From the NCBI GenBank assembly GCA_030141605.1, contig JAQGDQ010001246.1, positions 1-44,803 of the forward strand: 44,803 bases of DNA. The letters are read 5' to 3'. Origin of the DNA: Tubiluchus corallicola. Its lineage: Eukaryota; Animalia; Priapulida. Below are positions 38,063 to 44,803 of this stretch, piece after piece (within the stretch, counting starts at the first letter, position 1; each line of letters begins with the position of its first letter). The notes beneath the pieces were generated by a model. That model saw nothing but the letters and a program-made list of their open reading frames with translations, was not told where the DNA came from and did not search any database. The translations under genes and the position numbers were made by a program.

Positions 38063-38913
38063 CCTATATCTATTTATTGTACTGCTAATTGTCCACTGGG
38101 TGTAGGTACCATCCCTATATCTACTTATTGTACTACTAATTGTCCACTGGGTGTAGGTACCATACCTAAATCTACTTATTGTACTACTAATTGTCCACTG
38201 GGTGTAGGTACCATCCCTATATCTATTTAATGTACTACTAATTGTCCACTGGGTGTAGGTACCATACCTATATCTATTTAATGTACTACTAATTGTCCAC
38301 TGGGTGTAGGTACCATACCTATATCTATTTAATGTACTGCTAATTGTCCACTGGGTGTAGGTACCATACCTATATCTATTTAATGTACTACTAATTGTCC
38401 ACTGGGTGTAGGTACCATACCTATATCTATTTAATGTACTGCTAATTGTCCACTGGGTGTAGGTACCATACCTATATCTATTTAATGTACTACTAATTGT
38501 CCACTGGGTGTAGGTACCATCCCTATATCTATTTAATGTACTTCTAATTGTCCACTGGGTGTAGGTACCATACCTATATCTATTTAATGTACTGCTAATT
38601 GTCCACTGGGTGTAGGTACCATACCTATATCTATTTAATGTACTACTAATTGTCCACTGGGTGTAGGTACCATACCTATATCTATTTAATGTACTGCTAA
38701 TTGTCCACTGGGTGTAGGTACCATACCTATATCTATTTAATGTACTACTAATTGTCCACTGGGTGTAGGTACCATACCTAAATCTATTTATTGTACTACT
38801 AATTGTCCACTGGGTATAGGTACTATCCCTATATATATTTATTGTACTGCTAAAAGTCCACTGGGTGTAGGTACTATCCCTATATCTACTTATTGTACTG
38901 CTAATTGTCCACT
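38063..38913. repeat. 51-bp minisatellite, about 16.7 copies
   Basis: Unit CCTATATCTATTTAATGTACTACTAATTGTCCACTGGGTGTAGGTACCATA. Confidence 0.96.
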
Positions 38914-39549
38914 CTTCAGTTCAGCGCAAGTTAGATTAATGTGTCAAAAAGAATTCTCATTTGTGTTAAAATAAAACCGTGAATATTAATTATAGTCTAA
39001 ATTTGCAATAGTCTAAATAGTCTAATTAAAGTCTTTAAATCATTATTTTTTCAAATATGGCGAAAGAAGGACCTGTATTTGAACACAGAACCTTACTCAA
39101 GTGTTCTGATTTAATTCCAACCGCTCACCAGTTATTCCAAGTGGTAGTTAATTTAGTTTAAAATAGTTAAAGTGATTTCAAACTCATTAAATTGATTTTT
39201 TAATTAGTTTTGAGCTTTACGTGTGGTATGTTTGCAAACAGAAATAACTGGTTTCATTACATAACTCATTTGAATTAACTCAATCCACCCCACACTAGAT
39301 AGGCTGATCCAAGCATAGTTTGGGTGCCCTTCACCCCCAACTTGCTGTATCATATTTCTTTTCATCTAAGATCACAATGTCGATTACCCACACTAAATTC
39401 ACAATAATTCTAAGTGCAGAAGACTGATTTGAAAACTTTGATAAAACAGAACGTTAAAAAGGTTTCTTTCAGCCTGTATGCAGCCATTTTGCATGTCCAA
39501 ATTATTACTACATTGTGGGTTTTACGCATAACTTAGTTATGACTCATAC

Positions 39550-39917
39550 TTCTTCTTCTTCTTCACAGCTTTTCCCTGTTCGGGGTCGCTGCTGTGACTG
39601 AGTCTTCTCCACGCATTCGTGTTGTTGACCATCGCTTCATTTATGTCTTCCCTTCCCACATGATCTTCACCGACTCTTCTTTTCAAGTGTCCATACCATC
39701 GCAATCTTGCGAGGCTTCTACTACTTTTACTGTTCCTCTGATATTATTATTTCTAATTTTATCTCTTCTTGTTTTTCCCACCATTCATCTCAACATCCTC
39801 ATCTCCACCACACCAATTTTCTTCTCTTCGGTTTTCTTTAGAGAAGCTGCTTCCAGCCCATAGATTAGAGCGGGTCTGACCACTTCTTTGTGGACTTTCC
39901 CTTTAAGTCTCACCGAC
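39550..39917 (-). mobile_element. RTE-clade LINE, 5'-truncated 3' fragment
   Basis: The minus frame encodes VRLKGKVHKEVVRPALIYGLEA...EMRMLRWMVGKTRRDKIRNNNIR (RTE ORF C-terminus); (GAA)n tail; perfect 16-bp TSD TAGTTATGACTCATAC (39534-39549 and 39918-39933). Confidence 0.92.
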
Positions 39918-39955
39918 TAGTTATGACTCATACAGACCTGTTAATTTATTTATAG

Positions 39956-40434
39956 GTGAAAACGGAAGTGCTGTTTCTGAAGAGCGTGTTGAGGAGACAG
40001 ACGCAGGGGAAACTGCTATTGACTCGCCTATTGTAGATGATGATGCTGTTCTCCTAGCTGGCTATATTGACTGTGCCAAAGAAGCCATTGCCTACTTGAC
40101 AGAAGTTGAGCATCTACCACCGGATGACCCTGTGATAGTCGGTCTACGTCAACACCTACGCCAACACCAGGAGGCGCTGGTGTACGAAGACGTGATTGAG
40201 AACTATGTGCAAAAAGTAAAAGAACTTGAGTGCAACGTGACCTCAACAACACCAGAACTGGTCACACCTCCAGGGAGGCATGTGAGGAGAAGAATTTCTA
40301 GCAGTGAGTCAAGTCAAGGAAATAACTTGTTACACAGAGAAAACCAAAGAACTGACTCTTCTAGTGACGAAGACATTGTTGATAGTCTCGTTGTGGACAG
40401 TAGGCACTTATCCACTCAACACGTCAACAGGTAG
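39956..40434 (+). CDS. Hey-like gene, exon 5, containing the Hairy-Orange domain
   Basis: Acceptor TTTATAG, phase 1; AGYIDCAKEAIAYLTEVEHLPPDDPVIVGLRQHL matches Hey Orange GFRECLxEVARYLxxVEGLDxxDPLRVRLVSHL; the five exons join to 801 nt (266 aa plus stop). Confidence 0.85.
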
Positions 40435-40675
40435 CAGCACGTATTGATAATGTTACGTCGAGATGAATGAACTGTTGTTTTTGCACAACAGGTAGCAGCA
40501 CATGTTGATAATGTTAAATCGAGATGAATGAACTTTTGTTTTTGCACAACAGGTAGCAGCACATGTTGATAATGTTACATCGAGATGAATGAACTGTTGT
40601 TTTTGCACAACAGGTAGCAGCACGTGTTGTTAATGCTATATCGAGATGAATGAACTGTTGTTTTTGCATAACAGG
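40425..40675. repeat. 61-bp tandem repeat, about 4 copies, overlapping the stop codon
   Basis: CAACAGGTAGCAGCAC at 40425, 40486, 40547 and 40608. Confidence 0.93.
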
Positions 40676-40764
40676 TTCTGATTTCTGTATTTTTTCTAGA
40701 TACAAACTTTTTCATGTGGAACTGTCAGTAAAAACTTGTTGCTGTGTGGCTAGTTTTAGTGCCC

Positions 40765-40919
40765 ATCGCCTAGGCCTGTCAAACAGGCACAGGCCTATCA
40801 ATCGCCTAGGCCTATCAAACAGGCACAGGCCTATCAATCGCCTAGGCCTATCAAACAGGCACAGGCCTATCAATCGCCTAGGCCTATCGAACAGGCACAG
40901 GCCTATCAATCGCCTAGGC
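40765..40919. repeat. 36-bp minisatellite, about 4.3 copies
   Basis: Unit ATCGCCTAGGCCTATCAAACAGGCACAGGCCTATCA. Confidence 0.93.
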
Positions 40920-43206
40920 ACAATTTTCTACGGTTCTAAGAGACAACATTAAGACTTAAGCTACAGAAGGTGAAAATCTACAATCTGCTCTTGTACACGA
41001 ATGAATTTCATAACATCAGCTTTGTTTGCTGTCATTTAGCAGCAAAAACAGAAGCTAATGCATAATTAGTCTATTATTATTATTTCCTGGCCAGAAGGTG
41101 CGTTGTTTTGCATATTAGGTCTATTGGCGCTCACAGTATATTATGGTGTTCGGGTTACTAGTGCGCCCGGACAAACGTTTAATAGGTGACATGGCTACTG
41201 TCTCTTTTAACAAACAACATGAAAATTTCATTATTTATAATCGTTGTAACTTTACACAGGTTTTGAATTCCCCCGGAAAAGCATCTCTACCATTAACCAG
41301 GAACTATTAACCAGGGTTTTAGTTTTTCTTGAATTTTTAATCTCGACGGAGAAAAGTACCTGATAAAAGGAAAACTTGTAATTATGGTTAGATGGGGATT
41401 TGATAAGCTAGCCTTGTATCTAGCTAGACACGATGAACTTTATTGCCATTGTCGCTTCTAATAGTCGGTAAAACTGCAGACCCGCGAAGAGTCAAAACAG
41501 AATTGAACCCTTTGCGTTTAAGTGCAGACTACCATAAGAATCAAGACAGCATGCTGTCAAAGATCAGTTTGATTTATCTGTTGCAAAAACGTAATTAGGC
41601 CTATAGCCTTAAAGGTTTAGGCTACAGTAAAGTGAAGTTTACGGTTGTAACTTTTATGATTTCCTTATTCGATCAGAATTGTTAAAAATAATTGACAAAC
41701 AAAAGATCTTCAGGCAAGTCATCTACATGTAATTCTTTCGAGAAAGACTTATTATTAAAATTATTATTATTCATAATGTGCTAAAAAGGTGCCCAACTTC
41801 CCAGTTTGTCAAAGCCATGTTAGTCAAAACGTGTTGGTGGCGCCACCTATCGGCAAAATATTGAAACAAATTGGATATCAGGTATGACGTGTCTAGAAAC
41901 AGTCGCAGTTTTCAAAATTGTGTTAAATATTCACAGTTTTCATGTAATAAATCAAATAAAATAAATCTAGATTATTATTGAAGTTGATTTCTTAGATCCG
42001 TAGACCTAAGTACACCTTCCTTCCTCGAATCATGAACAATTACCTGTTTTATTATATTTAAATGATCTCATTTGTTTTGCTGTAAAAGTAAATTAATTCT
42101 TTCACGGAAGTGCAGCGATTTTTGTTTTGTTCCTCATTAAGGCCTTTGCATGTTATTATGTTATTTGTATTTAATGTTTTATATTATATAACGTTAGCTT
42201 ATATTTATTATGCGCCACTAGCTGGCAAATAGGATAGTAGATTATTGTACTGCGTTGCTGTGGTTTTGTAAGTTATTACACATTTATATATTCACATAAT
42301 TTATATTCGTTGTGTCTTTTTTTTCTGCTAATGTTTACATTAACATTGGAAGCTGCAAGGTCTGTTATGAATAAATTTCGGAATCATGAATTAAGTGATT
42401 AATTAATGGAGTTAGATTATGTTGATAAAGAGACCTCCTAATTGGATTAGATAAATTTATTAAAAGATTATGGGAACTCACTTAGCTGATAAAGCCTATA
42501 TTTAATGTAAGGCAAGAAATTATCGTCACAAGAGTTTGCGTTTACAAGTAATAGAACAGGTGTTCATTTAGAGAGTAAAAGTTTGTCACAGGTGTTTGAG
42601 TTTAGGAGAAGCGAAGCTGATTTTTATAACATTGCGTGGTTAGATAATAAACCCCCATGTAATATTATGCGGAGTTGCTGAACTACAATTGTGAAGGAGC
42701 AGAAAGTAGCTCTTTTCTTGAATGGAAGTTTCTAGCCCAAGCGACGCAAGGAACAAGCTCTTGGGTGGTGATGCAAAGGACAAGTCGAGTAGCTGTGTTT
42801 TTCCCATGTAAGAAACTACGTTACATGACCATCTGGCTGGTCATAAACCACCAAGCCACAACGGAACCTTTGAACTATTGCAACACCTTGCGCGTTCGCG
42901 CGCAATGTTACGAAGACTTCATTAGAGTATGTAAGATGGTGTTTTGGAAGAGCACGTGGTTAATCGGTTGCGGGAGACGTTGTGAATCAGTCCGGGAGAG
43001 AGGAGATCAATTTTGGAGAGGCTACAGGAATTCTGAGAGAAGCAAAGACACGTTAGACCCAGCGTAGACAACCATCTGCGTCCTCAACGAATTGAGCACT
43101 GGATCTGCGAATAGAGTCTTGCAGCTGAATCGGATTTGACCAATTGAACAGTTGTCATTGGTCATTCCACCAAGTTAAGTGAACTTAACCTATCGTAACT
43201 TGAGAG

Positions 43207-44239
43207 CAACTCTGCATAGATACCCCAACTCTGCATGGTCCTACTAGATACCCTAACTCTGCATGGCCCTACTAGATACCCCAACTCTGCATGGTCCTAC
43301 TAGATACCGCAACACTGCATGGTCCTACTAGATACTCTAACTCTGCATGGTCCTACTAGGCACTCCAACTCTGCATGGTCCTACTAGGTACCCCAACTCT
43401 GCATGGTCCTACTAGATACCCCAACTCTGCATGGTCCTACTAGATACCCCACTAGGCATGGTCCTACTAGATACCCCAACTCTGCATGGTCCTACTAGAT
43501 ACCCCAACTCTGCATGGTCCTACTAGATACCCCAACTCTGCATGGTCCTACTAGATACTCTAACTCTGCATGGTCCTACTAGGTACTCCAACTCTGCATG
43601 GTCCTACTAGGTACCCCAAGTCTGCATGGTCCTACTAGATACCGCAACTCTGCATGGTCCTACTAGATACTCTAACTCTGCATGGTCCTACTAGGTACTC
43701 CAACTCTGCATGGTCCTACTAGGTACCCCAACTCTGCATGGTCCTACTAGATACCCCAACTCTGCATGGTCCTACTAGATACCCTACTAGGCATGGTCCT
43801 ACTAGATACCCCAACTCTGCATGGTCTCCTATTAGATACCCCAACTCTGCATGGTCCGATTAGATACCCCTACCACACATGGTCCTACTAGAAACCCAAA
43901 CTCTGCACGGTCCTACTAGATACCCCAACTCTGCATGGTCCTACTAGGTACCCCAACTCTGCATGGTCCTACTAGATACCCCAACTCTGCATGGTCCTAC
44001 TAGATACCCCAACTCTGCATGGTCCGACTAGATACCACTACCACACATGGTCCTACTAGGCATGGTCCTACTAGATACCCCAACTCTGCATGGTCATACT
44101 AGATACCCAACTAAGCATGGTCCTACTAGATACACCAACTCTGCATGGTAATACTAGATACCCCAACTCTGCATGGTTCTACTAGATACCCCAACTCTGC
44201 ATGGTCCTACTAGATACCCCAACTCTGCATAGTCCTACA
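43207..44239. repeat. 28-bp minisatellite, about 37 copies
   Basis: Unit TAGATACCCCAACTCTGCATGGTCCTAC, with variants. Confidence 0.96.
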
Positions 44240-44256
44240 AGATTAGAGTTTGAGTT

Positions 44257-44803
44257 AATCCATGTTTGTAGTTTCCGGAGGAAGTTTAGTTTCCGGAGGA
44301 AGTATAGTTGCAAACCTGAATATGGCGATTTTACAATTAGGGTTTGAGTTATTTTTTAAGCGTTATGTTACTTTGAAACAAACTATACATGGTTAGATAG
44401 AAAATTTTACAGGCTTTCTAACCATGTATTACATGACTAAATTCGCTTAAGTACTGCGTAGGTAATGGCGGTTGAAAGTATCGTTGCAAGTCCGAATATG
44501 GCGATTTTACAATTAGGGTTTGAGTTATTTTTTAAGCGTTATGTTACTTTGAAACAAACAATACATGGTTAGATAGAGAATTTTACGGGCTTTCTAACCA
44601 TGTATTACATGACTAAATTTGCTTAAGTACTGCGTTGGTAATGGCGGTTGAAAGTACGAATCCATGTTTGTGGGTTCCGGGGGAAGTATCTTTGCAAACC
44701 TGAATAAGGCGATTTTACAATTAGGGTTTGAATTATTTTTTAAGCGTTACGTTACTTTGAAACAAACAATACATGGTTAGATAGAGAATTTTACGGGCTT
44801 TCT
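44257..44803. repeat. 176-208-bp tandem repeat with an internal hairpin, at least 3 copies, runs off the right edge
   Basis: GAATATGGCGATTTTACAATTAGGGTTTGA recurs near 44318, 44494 and 44702. Confidence 0.9.

Noticed and set aside
42658-43206. Possible solo LTR beginning TGTAATATT, including the 130-aa ORF 42675-43067
   Set aside because: No terminal CA, TSD, PBS or second LTR was identifiable; the ORF has no recognisable motif.

Overview
AT-rich, intron-containing animal DNA (probably an invertebrate; TTAGGG-type telomeric repeat present). It holds (i) the last five coding exons of an importin-alpha of the alpha-1 (KPNA1/5/6) subfamily on + (1438-7741), probably followed by a 3'UTR intron; (ii) an intronless 413-aa orphan ORF on - (16046-17287) preceded by RFX X-box-like motifs; (iii) a five-exon, 266-aa gene on + (22469-40434) with Hey-type intron phases and a recognisable Orange domain, but an eroded bHLH and no YRPW/WRPW tail; (iv) a 4.1-kb APE-RT non-LTR retrotransposon (LMDD active-site motif, 5' end apparently intact, 3' end missing) inserted in register into a 36-copy 79-bp satellite inside intron 4 of that gene; (v) many MITEs (hAT-like, Tc1/pogo-like, piggyBac-like), SINE/LINE fragments, an interstitial telomeric tract and about a dozen unrelated minisatellite arrays. 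Most short ORFs in the supplied track are repeat or antisense artefacts. All calls were made by eye without database searches.
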